Positions 53,817 to 64,000 of a DNA stretch of 64,000 bases are shown here, in pieces. The position numbers and the translations under genes were made by a program. Source of the stretch: Podarcis tiliguerta (taxonomy: Eukaryota); assembly GCA_965153285.1 (NCBI GenBank), contig OZ229114.1, one strand, 5' to 3'. The notes under the pieces are model-generated. The model was not told the DNA's origin. It saw only the letters and a list, made by a program, of their open reading frames with translations, and did no database searches. How positions within the stretch are numbered: position 1 is the first letter of the stretch; each line of letters opens with the position of its first letter.

Positions 53817-54089
53817 GCTTAGGCTACCACATGGAAAATTCAGAAGTATGACAGCTGTTGAACTTACAACAGCACTACCATTTATCGACTATTTAGAAAA
53901 GCAAGGCCCGTGGTAGTTGCTGCATAATACAAAGTAGACAAATCCAGCAGCCGCTCTAGAGTATATATACCCTCCTGTTCATCTCCATGCTTCTTAGCAA
54001 ATATTTCGTGTCCACCACAGATTTTAGCAGGTCACTGAAACAGCTCAAAGGTGGACAAGTCCAGACTACAGCCCAGCTTTCTTACTTAC

Positions 54090-54333
54090 CTGAACCTTCT
54101 GGATAATCAAACAACCATTCACACAAATAGTAGTCATCTGGATTCAGGTATGGCAGCTGCTTCATCACAGACTGCTTGGGGATGAGGTACAAGACCTCAG
54201 CAATATCACCGTCCTCTATAATAGACATCCTTTTGATAGAGTTTTTGTACTTTATCCGCTCAGACACCAACCTCTTGCTTTTCCCTGATCCACAAAGCTT
54301 CCCAAAACTGTTTAAACTGGGGAAAGATGGCAT
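54090..54333 (-). CDS. ABLIM1: ABLIM1 first coding exon of the long (abLIM-L-type) isoform, 81 aa + 1 nt
   Basis: MPSFPSLNSFGKLCGSGKSK... resembles the recalled human isoform-1 start MPAFLGLKCLGKLCSSEKSK. 244 nt to a consensus donor CAG|GTAAGT, phase 1, in frame with exon 28902-29036. Confidence 0.92.
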
Positions 54334-54479
54334 ATCTATGGCAACTATAAAGCGAGCAGCTAAGGAAGTAAACCAGAGTGAGCGAGCGAGTGAGAGTGTG
54401 AGAGCGTATACATAGCCACTGGGCTGCCACCGTCTGGCATGCTGTCCTCATCCATCCTTATTTCACTTCCTTGTCCACT

Positions 54480-54650
54480 AAAGGAGATTAAGCAGGAAGT
54501 ATTTTTAGCAGTGATCTTCAGGAGATTATGACAAGCACGCTTAGTCAGGTGACAGCCTTCAAAACACTATTGGAACCAGCAACGCTTTGCTTTGGTGTCC
54601 ATAAACGTGAAGTGAAAGCATATAGAGCATGGCACAATCGGATTAATATC
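54480..54650 (-). promoter_or_regulatory. Putative promoter of the long isoform with K50-homeodomain (CRX/OTX2-type) sites
   Basis: TAATCT at 54490-54485 and 54528-54523, TAATCC at 54645-54640, MEF2 near-match CTAAAAATAC at 54508-54499. Confidence 0.4.
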
Positions 54651-56129
54651 CTGGGCAAGAGAGAGGACATATCTGAGGTAGATAAGAGGATTACTTTTGA
54701 GAAACAAAAGCCTCAGCACAGTGGAAGAAATCTTGTTAAGAAAGAACCTTCATAAGCCCCACATATCCATCTGTGCATTTAATCTAACATTTCCCGTGTG
54801 CATTACAGCTAAGGAAGGCTCACCCCACTCCATTGTATCTTCCACAGCATTTCTACCAGCAGCAGATTTTCCTGCGAGACATAATTTCTGCAGCCTCTAT
54901 GGTCACAAAAGTAAGTATCTATAGCCGTCTTGAGAAATATTTATTTTCCCAACTCCACCATCTCCTTTCCTCCTTCCAGTCTCATTAACATAAGACTCAC
55001 AAAGATCCCAACTGTTACCCCCACCTCTAGCTGTATTTACAACAGATATCTACAATCTATTCCTAATGACTTGCTAATCTAAGAAACTAAACTAATGATT
55101 TTGTTTTTCCTTGGGAAAGAGCAAAGTAAATCATTAACAGTGCATTCAAAAGCACTTGAAGCCAACAGTGCATAAGCAAAGGGGGAAATTCTAGTTGTTG
55201 TTAGCATCACATAGTTACAGGGATTGACTTTGGGAGAGCATGCAAACCAAATGGAACCCCCACTACCCCTTGTTTCAGGTCTGCTGCACAAATAGTTTCC
55301 CACATGGAATTGCTTTAATCGCCATGTTGCTTGCTTGCAGTCCATTTGTCACACTGAAGCATAAGAATGTTAGAGGAGCCCTGAACAAAGGCTCATCCAG
55401 TCCAGCACCCTATTCTCCCAATGATGAACCAGAGGCCCATAGGAAGCTTGCAAGCAGGACATGAGTGCTTCAGCACTTCACACCTGCATTTCTCCCTGAC
55501 TTGGAGGTGTATATTCAGCAAAATCATGTTCCACAGCTCTCCCGTCCTCTGTTTTGTTTTTTTTCTAGAAAGGGAAGTAATTCAATTTTCTTTTCACATA
55601 TTAACAAAAACAATACAAAGGGTTCTTTATTCTCACTAAACATTCCTCAGTCCTCTCTTTCCCTATGTTCCCAGATGGCAGCACATGTGAAAGGATAAAC
55701 GCAGACCCCATTCTATAAGACAGTTTTCATGGATAAGCAATTCAGAAGTTAAAGTTCTGTGTTGCTCTTTAAAAATCACCTAGGGTGTCTCTATTTTCAT
55801 CTGAGAAATGTTAGAGGGTATGCTTTAACTAATCTCCATTGAGAAGAATTCTTGAGTCAAAAACATTAAGTGCTCTTTAAACTCAAGCTCAAAAATGAAC
55901 AGTTCATGTGAATGCTGTATATATGCACTAATGTGAAGCTTACTGCAACTGAAAGACTACCTTACCCGGTACTGCTGAATCTATCAAAAGATACACTTTG
56001 GCTGTTGTTAACAGTTGACTGACTGTGAGCACCCACAAAATAAAACTGAAGTGGTTTGTTATGGGTGTTCATTCGCTCTGTACATGCTTACCCACACAAG
56101 CTAACACGGACTCTAGAAAAATGAAATTA

Positions 56130-56181
56130 AACTACAAACCATAGGCTTTGTCACTGCAGACAAAGCCTATGGTTTGTAGTT
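56130..56181. repeat. Perfect 23-bp inverted repeat with 6-nt spacer
   Basis: aactacaaaccataggctttgtc-actgca-gacaaagcctatggtttgtagtt. Confidence 0.95.
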
Positions 56182-56895
56182 CTATTGCAACCTTTCTGGT
56201 TCCAGCGTTTGTTCCTAGTGTTAAAATTCAATAACTCTGCAAGATACCTCAGGGTGCTTGTTTATACAATCAAAATCAATGGATAACCTGAAAATTCTTA
56301 CTATGACATAAAAATCTATTATTTATTTAGCAATAAGCTAAGCAGGCAAATGCTCTCAGGGCCGTCAAAGCATTCCAAAGTAGTTTCATGTAATTCATTG
56401 GTCTGAGCTCAACTGAGCAAACGTAACATGCCTGTTTGCTGAGTACATGGTAGCCTATCTTGAGATGAACAGAATGGAGAACCTGGGGCTCTTCATTCTT
56501 TTTAAATCGCCTTTGAACTACACTCACAGCATAGTCCCTGTATGGCCTTAGACTTTGTAAACAAACCCTGAGGGTGAAGTGAGTTAGGGAGTAAACTTAA
56601 TATGAAATCTTCTGTAACAAGTGCGGGGCAGGGAAACAAGGTTGAAGAACTGCTGTATTTTAAAAGTCATTTTCACCACATTCAGCTGCTTGTGAACTTT
56701 TGCATGTGCAGCTACAATGAAACAAGGGCCTTTTCAAGAACTCTTACCCTCATTTGCGCATGTGTGTGTATTCTGTGACGTTGCAAAGACCATGGTAAAG
56801 AACAAGAATGCCTGCAATTTCCATGAGTATTTGACACATCAATTTGCTCAGAGAACTGAAAATAGTAATAATAATGAATATGGATATTTACCCAA

Positions 56896-57085
56896 TGTAG
56901 CTCAGCAACAGAGCACATGTGGTGCATGCAGAATGTCCTACGTTCAATTTCCAGCACCAGCCACATAGGGCCAGGAAAACCCACTGCCTAAAACTTTGGA
57001 AAGCAACTGCTGCCAGTCATTGTACAATGCTGAGCTAGATGGGCCAATGGTATGACTTAATACAAGGCAGCTTACTATGTTTCTA
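56896..57085 (+). mobile_element. Old tRNA-derived SINE
   Basis: gtagctcag...agagcac (A box), gttcaatttcc (B box), tail gagctagatgggccaatggt...aaggcagcttactatgtt. Related minus-strand copy at about 33476-33630. Confidence 0.65.
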
Positions 57086-59104
57086 AGAAATATTAATTTA
57101 TTTCAAGATTATAGTACATCTCTCTCTGTGTGCATATGTATATACATACATACACCCTTTAACAAAATTGCTAAGAAAATGGCTGCCTCCCATTGTGACA
57201 CAATCCAATATCAGTACTTTAAACAGGGGGGCAACTGGATACTTAAATTAATCTGCTGATGAAAGTTTTTGTGAAATGATTGCCTCAAGAAAGTATAGTT
57301 ATTATGGTGGTAATCAGCTGCAACTTTTTTCAGGCTGGGCAAATTTTCTTTCCAACTGCACGCCTTTAGGTCATGTTGAATGTCATTATGAAGAGTTCCC
57401 TGACTTCCGTGATCAGCTGGTGACTGAGGTAGGATGGGGGGCTGGAAAAGTGTCCCTGCACACAAAGAACCCTCCACCCGTGGCCCTTTAGATCTTAACC
57501 GAAGCCGCCATTTGTAAAATTTAGCTTCCATAGAATCAGAGAGTTTAATTTAGAGAGCACACTCACAAAATAGGAACTGGAGTTTTGTTTAAAAACATAA
57601 AACACGACAGAGTGTTTTGCTAGGCCAATTTGTCATTATTAGAGGATTAATTTGGATTGTGGTGTGTTAAATTGTTGCCTTTCTTTTCAAAGTAGAATTA
57701 TGTATTACCTGCAATGCTGACCGTGAGTCATGATTCCTGTTAGAAGCAGTAATCAAAGCTTCTTTTTTTTAAGCCTCAACATTTCAAAAATTAGCACAGC
57801 ACTTCCATGAGTTTTGCAAAGGAACTTTGGCCAAGTCAAAACAACAGTGACTTTCAATGAAATTCCGCAAAACATTAGACAAATATTTTTGAACCCAATA
57901 TCAGTAAAGCAATACTTCATCGTACCAGGCTTCCAGTGACACCCTGAAAATAACAGTCCAGCCCTTCGTCCTGTAATTACCATTTGCTGCTAATCTTGTT
58001 TTGACTTCAGGGGCTCAGTTCACTTTTCCCTCTCCGTTTTCAATTTAACCAGGGGGTATGTCTATAAGACCCTGCATTTGCCTTCTATAATACAACATGA
58101 CAAGAATGAGAAATGAGCAAAACAAAAGGGAATCTAGTCTAACCAGGAGGCTTTCTCAGATCAGACTGCGGTTCTCAGTAGATAAGTGACCTCCAAGGAT
58201 AATGCTGCAACACGTCAGATCAAGGCCAATAAATTATATACACGGGATAAAGGGTGAATTTAGCGCTGACAAAGATTATTTAAAATACTTACATATTTCA
58301 CAAAATTTGGCCCAGTTACTGACCTCCTGGAGAAGCATAGGCCACTTTTTCTTCAGCCATTTTTATTAGTGTCTGAAAGCTCCTGACAACTCATATATGC
58401 ATATACTCTAACAAGCCTCCACATTTGCTTAGAGGGTTTATCCAGGGCCAACTGGAGAGCTATTTCACATTTAGCATGAAGCAAATATTTCCCATCATGC
58501 CTGTCTATTAATTTATAGAAGTATTTCTATACTGCTGTGTCACAAAACATCAAGGTGGTGTACACTGCTAAAACTTAAAACATAATTTAAAAATTAAGTT
58601 TTAAAAATGCAGAAAATCTTTAAGATGACTGGATAATATGCATTTGTAGCACCTCCATTGTATTAGCAGGCGCTGGTATACTTGTAGTCCAAAGCAGCTT
58701 CACATGGGATGGGGAATCTAATGTGGTACTAGTTTGGGTGTGTGCATTTGAAATAACATTCTATTATTTGTTTATTCAGTTTATATCACGCCAGTGTGGC
58801 AATGCTGATGCCCTTTAACATTTCACTTATGAAAACAGGAGCACTCTTGTCTGCAACACCTTTATTTTCACTTGAAGGATAACTACCCAAATATACCTCC
58901 TTTCACTACTACCATACATGTCTGAAGCCTCTTCTCTTGCCTCTGTGTCATCATTTGCTCTGCAATAGCTTGTCAGGCATTGTGAATTACGAAAAGGACC
59001 TTAATGGTTTCCTTTAATAAAAAGAGCACTCAAAATATTTAATAGAAATCACTGAGTGACCTGGCTGTACTTATTATAGGATACAAGTGGGAAAGACAAG
59101 TATA

Positions 59105-59341
59105 CAGTCATACCTTGGTTTACGAACTTAATCCATTCCGGAAGTCCGTTCTTAAGCCAAGGTGTGCTTTCCCATAGCAGTGGGGGGACTCAATTTACAA
59201 ATGGAACAGACTCAATAGGAAGTGAAACGTGTTCTGCTTCCAAGGCAAAGTTCACAAACCAAAACACCTACTTCCGGGTTTGCAGCGTTCTTAATCCGAG
59301 TTGTTCATAAACTAAGCTGTTCTTAAACCAAGGTACCCCTG
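59105..59341. mobile_element. Tc1/mariner-type MITE related to 13170 and 63239
   Basis: TA + cagtcataccttggttta ... taaaccaaggtacccctg, shares aacttaat...ttccgga with the other copies. Confidence 0.75.
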
Positions 59342-60909
59342 CACCTTGTATTTTGTGTTGAGACCATCAAGATAGACTATTCATCAACAGGCAGGGTCTG
59401 ATTACATGATTTAATAGCAAAGTGAGTGTTTGTTCTTTTGGCTGAAGATATATAGCAAAAACATAATTGTCCTATGATACATAACCATATGTTGCCGTTC
59501 AAATATGAACTTCAATTATAACTCTGTGAAACAGTACAATAGATGGCGCCTTAGTGACATTAGACATGCAAGTTCATTCCATTCAGACATTTTACTTCTA
59601 CAGACTGGGAAACATGGTCAGATTAAAATCAAAATGACTTTGAAGACAGATAGGGAACAAAGCATTGCTTCAGATCACTGAGGTTTTAGCTGATGGGGGT
59701 ACTGTGTTGTGTAACACAGATCATAATTCATAATTCTTGTCCTAAATCAGATAAGAATGTACATTATCACAACTTCTAATGAAATGGACTCTAGTGCGCG
59801 AAAGCTTATACCATCTTAAGTAAGGTGCTACAGGAGCTTTATGGATCCAAACACCAACTTTTGCTAAAAAGAAATAGCCTTATAGAAAGTGAAGCAAACC
59901 ATTGAGATTTGAAAATGTTACAGGTATAACATTTCTAATTTAATGGAGTTACAATAAAGGCTTTCCTAACAACGCAATCCTATGAATTAGTACTCAGAAA
60001 TAATTCCCACTTAATTCCATGGAACTTACTCCCTACTAAGCATTTACAGGATTGCAAACGAGCTACAGTGCTCAGTTTGTGAGATAAGCTGCCTTTAGTG
60101 CTTCTGTCATAAACCCAAATACCAGCTTGCTGCCATTTCGTTATAACATTATTAGATGCTATATGAAAAAGGCCAAAATCAACTGAAGCTATTTGAGACA
60201 GTTCTGCAGAAAAAGTCTGATCCACAAGTAATTTCATTTTATCCATACACTGTACGGAATCACCTTAAACCCAACTCCTCTCAGAGAGTAGACAAAGCAG
60301 CTACCCTGTTTCTGCTTCAGTGAAAGCAAGGCAGCTTACATTAAAGTGTTCCTGACATGGACTGGGCTGGGAGCAGGGGAGTGTTATTCTAGGAACTACA
60401 AATACAAACTCCCTATAATTTAAATTATTTTCACATTACATGGGAATAAAGTGAGACTTAAAAGAAGCATATCTTCACAAGCATGGGACAAAAAAACCAG
60501 CTAACAGTGAAATTCTACACATGTCTACTCAGAAGTAAGCGCCCACCAAATTCAAGAGGGCTTATTCCCAGGTAGACTGATAAACTTTGATACTATAGAT
60601 GTCCAAAGTCTGAAGATGTGATACAACAGAATTCTTTATGGATTTATATAAATTCACAGATTCATATAAATGTGGGCCATGGAACACTACAATCTATGGT
60701 CAACCTCTGCATAAACTGATAAACACAAAAGGATTATTGTTACATACAAAGACACATGCACATAGACATCTATAGAATAGGTAAAATGGTCAGAAGAGTA
60801 ATGAGGAGCAGAAGGCAAACAGCTTACCCACAAGGAGGAACATTGCCATTATCATACCCATATTGAACTACATACTGCTCTCTCTCCCACCACATACTAA
60901 TTGTCTTAC

Positions 60910-61000
60910 CCATCCCTCCAAAGCAAGCTGTGATCTTCTGGGCATACTGGCACAAACCATTTTCGTTGGAGGATTCTTCACCTAAGGTCTGTTCACTCAT
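60910..61000 (-). CDS. ABLIM1: Candidate additional alternative first coding exon of ABLIM1: MSEQTLGEESSNENGLCQYAQKITACFGGM + 1 nt
   Basis: ATG at 61000 (GCAATGA), 91 nt open to donor G|GTAAGA, phase 1 compatible with exon 28902-29036, TATAAAA at 61158-61152 upstream. Confidence 0.6.
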
Positions 61001-62697
61001 TGCTTTGAATGCAACTGCTTGTGTCCTTCACTAGCTACAACTTGCTGGAGACAAGATGTAAGCCTTCTGAGCTCTCTTCCAGTTCACTTCCATTAATAAT
61101 TCAAGCACTCTTTAAAATCTGCTGAGCTCTTAGAATTGATTGCACCAGCCATTTTATAGCTTTGCAAGTAATTATGTTTAGCCTGTGTGTGTGTATCCGA
61201 TTATGACATTCCGTTAATTTATAGACAATATGCAGAAATCACAACAAAATGCATGCCTTTCATGACTGGCAGGAAATATTATGTTCAGCTGCGAGATATC
61301 AGATGGACATATCAATTTCTGCTCAACTAAGAATTAAAAAAGGAAGTTGAATAACCACATGGAGGATGATAAACATCATGTACAATTCAATGTACAGGGC
61401 TCTGCTCCTTACAGATGAACTGGAGTTCGATTAAAATAATGATGATGTTTGGCATAAAACTAATTTCCACATTTTTGTGTTTTATGTTATAAAAACAAAT
61501 CAGAAAGAAAAACATGGCGCAAAAACTTCCAAGGAAATAACCGCTACACTTTATCTACATGTTTTAAACAGAGTTGTTATAGATGGAACTGTGGATGTTC
61601 TATACTGAAAAATCCAGATTGGTATAGCTTTTAGCATGCATAATGTCATTCTTTCCCCATTCACCTAATGAAAGCAATGATAATAGGTAAAAAGAATAGT
61701 ATTGGAGAAAAACCACTTGGGGGGGGGGGTGTTTTGCGGTTATTGTTTTTTTTTTTTTTGCAATCAAGCAGTGCATACATTTTGTGAAATAATATATAAA
61801 TATATATATTAGGGATAGAAACTAAACAAACTAAAGAATAATTTTCTCATCCAGCTGAGTTGCATTCATGCACTTAATTTAACTTAGGTTAGCTTCTTAG
61901 CCATGTGAAATGCAACCAAGTTGTTCAGAAAGTAGCCTAATGGTACCAAGCTACTTTTTCAACTCATCTAGGCGAATGAACATTTGCAGCAGTGAATCAG
62001 ACCACCCCAGCTATTTTATTAATTATCATTCAGACATGACCTAATTGTCTACACAAAGATATTGTTTTTTATTAACCTGACCTTAAAATTTTAACAATTT
62101 AACAGGAAGTTGAACTTCTCCCTGATTTGCAAAAAGCATATAATATAGTTAGTGTAGTATTATCTCCTATGGCAGAGGAAAGTTCTGGAGGAACTCTACA
62201 TGAAAGACCTGCTATTGGCTTATGGAAAACATACAAAACATGCACATTATACAGCCAAGCATGCTATATTGCACATCCTACATCGTCACCTCCCCCACTC
62301 CCTCCATTTCGCTAGGATTCTCACTATAGAAGCTCCAATTTTTAAAATCTGTTTTTATTAAAACATTTATCTACTGCCTTTCTGTATTGAAAAGAGGCCC
62401 TAAGGCATAATAGAGCCCCCAAATCAGGGCTTCAACACCACACATACAAGTTATCTCCAGAAAATTTGCTTCTCTTCCTCAAGGCATATTAAGAACTGCC
62501 ACCGCAACATTACCCGGCAAAGTCACAGACTTCTTACAAACAATTCCAAGAGAATTCCTCCTTATGCACATTTTAACTTTAAAAAATAATAATCTCAATT
62601 TATTATTATTTATTCAATTTATATCCCACCTTTCTGCCTGAAGGAATCAAAGTCAGCAGTCATTTGTCACATAAGAGCCTCCAAGAGACTTACAAAG

Positions 62698-62843
62698 TTT
62701 AGCTCAGCTGTTTATAGAGCATGGTGCTGATAATGTCAAGGTTGCAGGTTTGATCTCTGTAAGGGCCAGCTGCATATTCCTGCACTGCAGGGGGTTGGAC
62801 TAGATAATCCTCAGGGTATCTTCCAACTCTACAGTTTTATGAT
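62698..62843 (+). mobile_element. tRNA-Ile-derived SINE (same family as 7711-7849)
   Basis: Co-linear with 7711-7849 over its full length. Confidence 0.8.
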
Positions 62844-63238
62844 CATGGCATAAAATTGGGAGAATGGGACCAATGAGTACCTTACAATAAAAACATTACT
62901 GTGACCTATTTATCAAATGCAATAAAACAGCAACAAAACAAAAAAACCACCAAACTTACTTTCAATAGACAGCAAAATCATCATAATCCATCAAATGCCT
63001 GGAAGAAGAGGTGCCCAGTGCTGAAAGATATTAATGATAGTGCTAAGGAAAGCTCACTGGGGAAAGCATTCCACAAGCCAGGAGTCCCAATCCTCTTTCA
63101 AAGGGGGAACCAGGAGTAGGACCTAGGATAAAGGGTCTAGGTAGGCTCATAGTCAAACAAGTATGACAACCTCTGAATGAAGCTTTGTGTTTAATGGGAT
63201 CAAGCAGTCTTCAGCTACATTTACAATGCAATTGTGTA

Positions 63239-63464
63239 CAGTGGTACCTCGGGTTAAGTACTTAATTCGTCCCAGAGGTCCGCTCTTAACCTGAAACTGT
63301 TCTTAACCTGAAGCACCACTTTAGCTAATGGGGCCTCCCGCTGCTGCCATGCCGTCACCGCGCGATTTCTGTTCTCATCCTGAAGCAAAGTTCTTAACCC
63401 AAGGTACTATTTCTGGGTTAGCGGAGTATGTAACCTGAAGCGTATGTAACCCGAGGTACCACTG
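63239..63464. mobile_element. Tc1/mariner (Tigger/pogo-like) MITE
   Basis: TA-cagtggtacctcgggtta ... taacccgaggtaccactg-TA: perfect 18-bp TIRs and TA duplication. Confidence 0.92.
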
Positions 63465-63698
63465 TATTTGCTGACTACATTTCAGTGGGATTTACTCCAG
63501 AGCACTACCATTCATTTAGCACTTTTACTAAGATAAACTACAATCAATCAAGATGGATATGCAACAGCAAAAAATGGTTAGTTATTTATTTGTTTAAAGG
63601 AAGGATGCTGCAAGGCAAATGTCAGGGATCAAGTAAGTCCAATGTTCAGAAGGTAAGCAGCAATGGCATGGCATATTGCATCCTTTCAAAAAGCAGTT

Positions 63699-63728
63699 CT
63701 ATCTATCATTTATCTATCTATCTATCAT
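63699..63728. repeat. Imperfect (TATC)n microsatellite
   Basis: read directly. Confidence 0.8.
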
Positions 63729-64000
63729 CAATATATTTATATACCACGTCATAAAAAAATTCAGAGTGGTTTACAACAGTTATAATAAAACCATACAATA
63801 AGAATCATATAAAATATTTTAAAATTAGAGATCAGCTAACTATCATGGAAATATGCATTCTAAATTGCTCGCATAAGCCTGATGAAGCCTGACAGAAGAG
63901 TTTACAGCAGGTGTTTAGAAGTTGAAACAGAAGGCACTTGCTGAATCTCAATTGGTAGAGTATTCCACAAGGAACACCCTTTATGCTTGCCTTTGTGCTC

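Noticed and set aside
1-64000. Remaining 60-170 aa ORFs; prokaryotic-type systems (CRISPR, operons)
   Set aside because: The ORFs often start at GTG/TTG, overlap repeats and lack domains. The window is eukaryotic intron and no repeat-spacer array was seen.

Overview
This is vertebrate genomic DNA, AT-rich and mostly intronic. The repeat content points to a squamate, probably a lacertid lizard (inference). The whole window lies in the 5' part of ABLIM1 (actin-binding LIM protein 1) on the minus strand. Three internal LIM-domain exons (28902-29036, 8450-8633, 7180-7289) splice in frame with GT-AG boundaries. They are fed by phase-1 alternative first coding exons at 54090-54333 (81-aa long N-terminus), 41582-41597 (MVKEK) and a candidate at 60910-61000. 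A further internal first exon at 132-189 would skip LIM1-2. The gene continues off the left edge. The introns carry L2, RTE and CR1-type LINE fragments, tRNA-derived SINEs, a 5S rRNA pseudogene, hAT and Tc1/mariner MITEs, a solo LTR nested in an RTE LINE, and Penelope-like fragments. The most notable non-coding items are an apparently intact minimal hammerhead ribozyme (50655-50694), sense to the ABLIM1 pre-mRNA, and a perfect 23-bp hairpin (56130-56181). Almost all other ORF-track entries are spurious. I found no evidence of a wholly new multi-gene system. Comparisons to known proteins and repeat families are from memory, not database searches.
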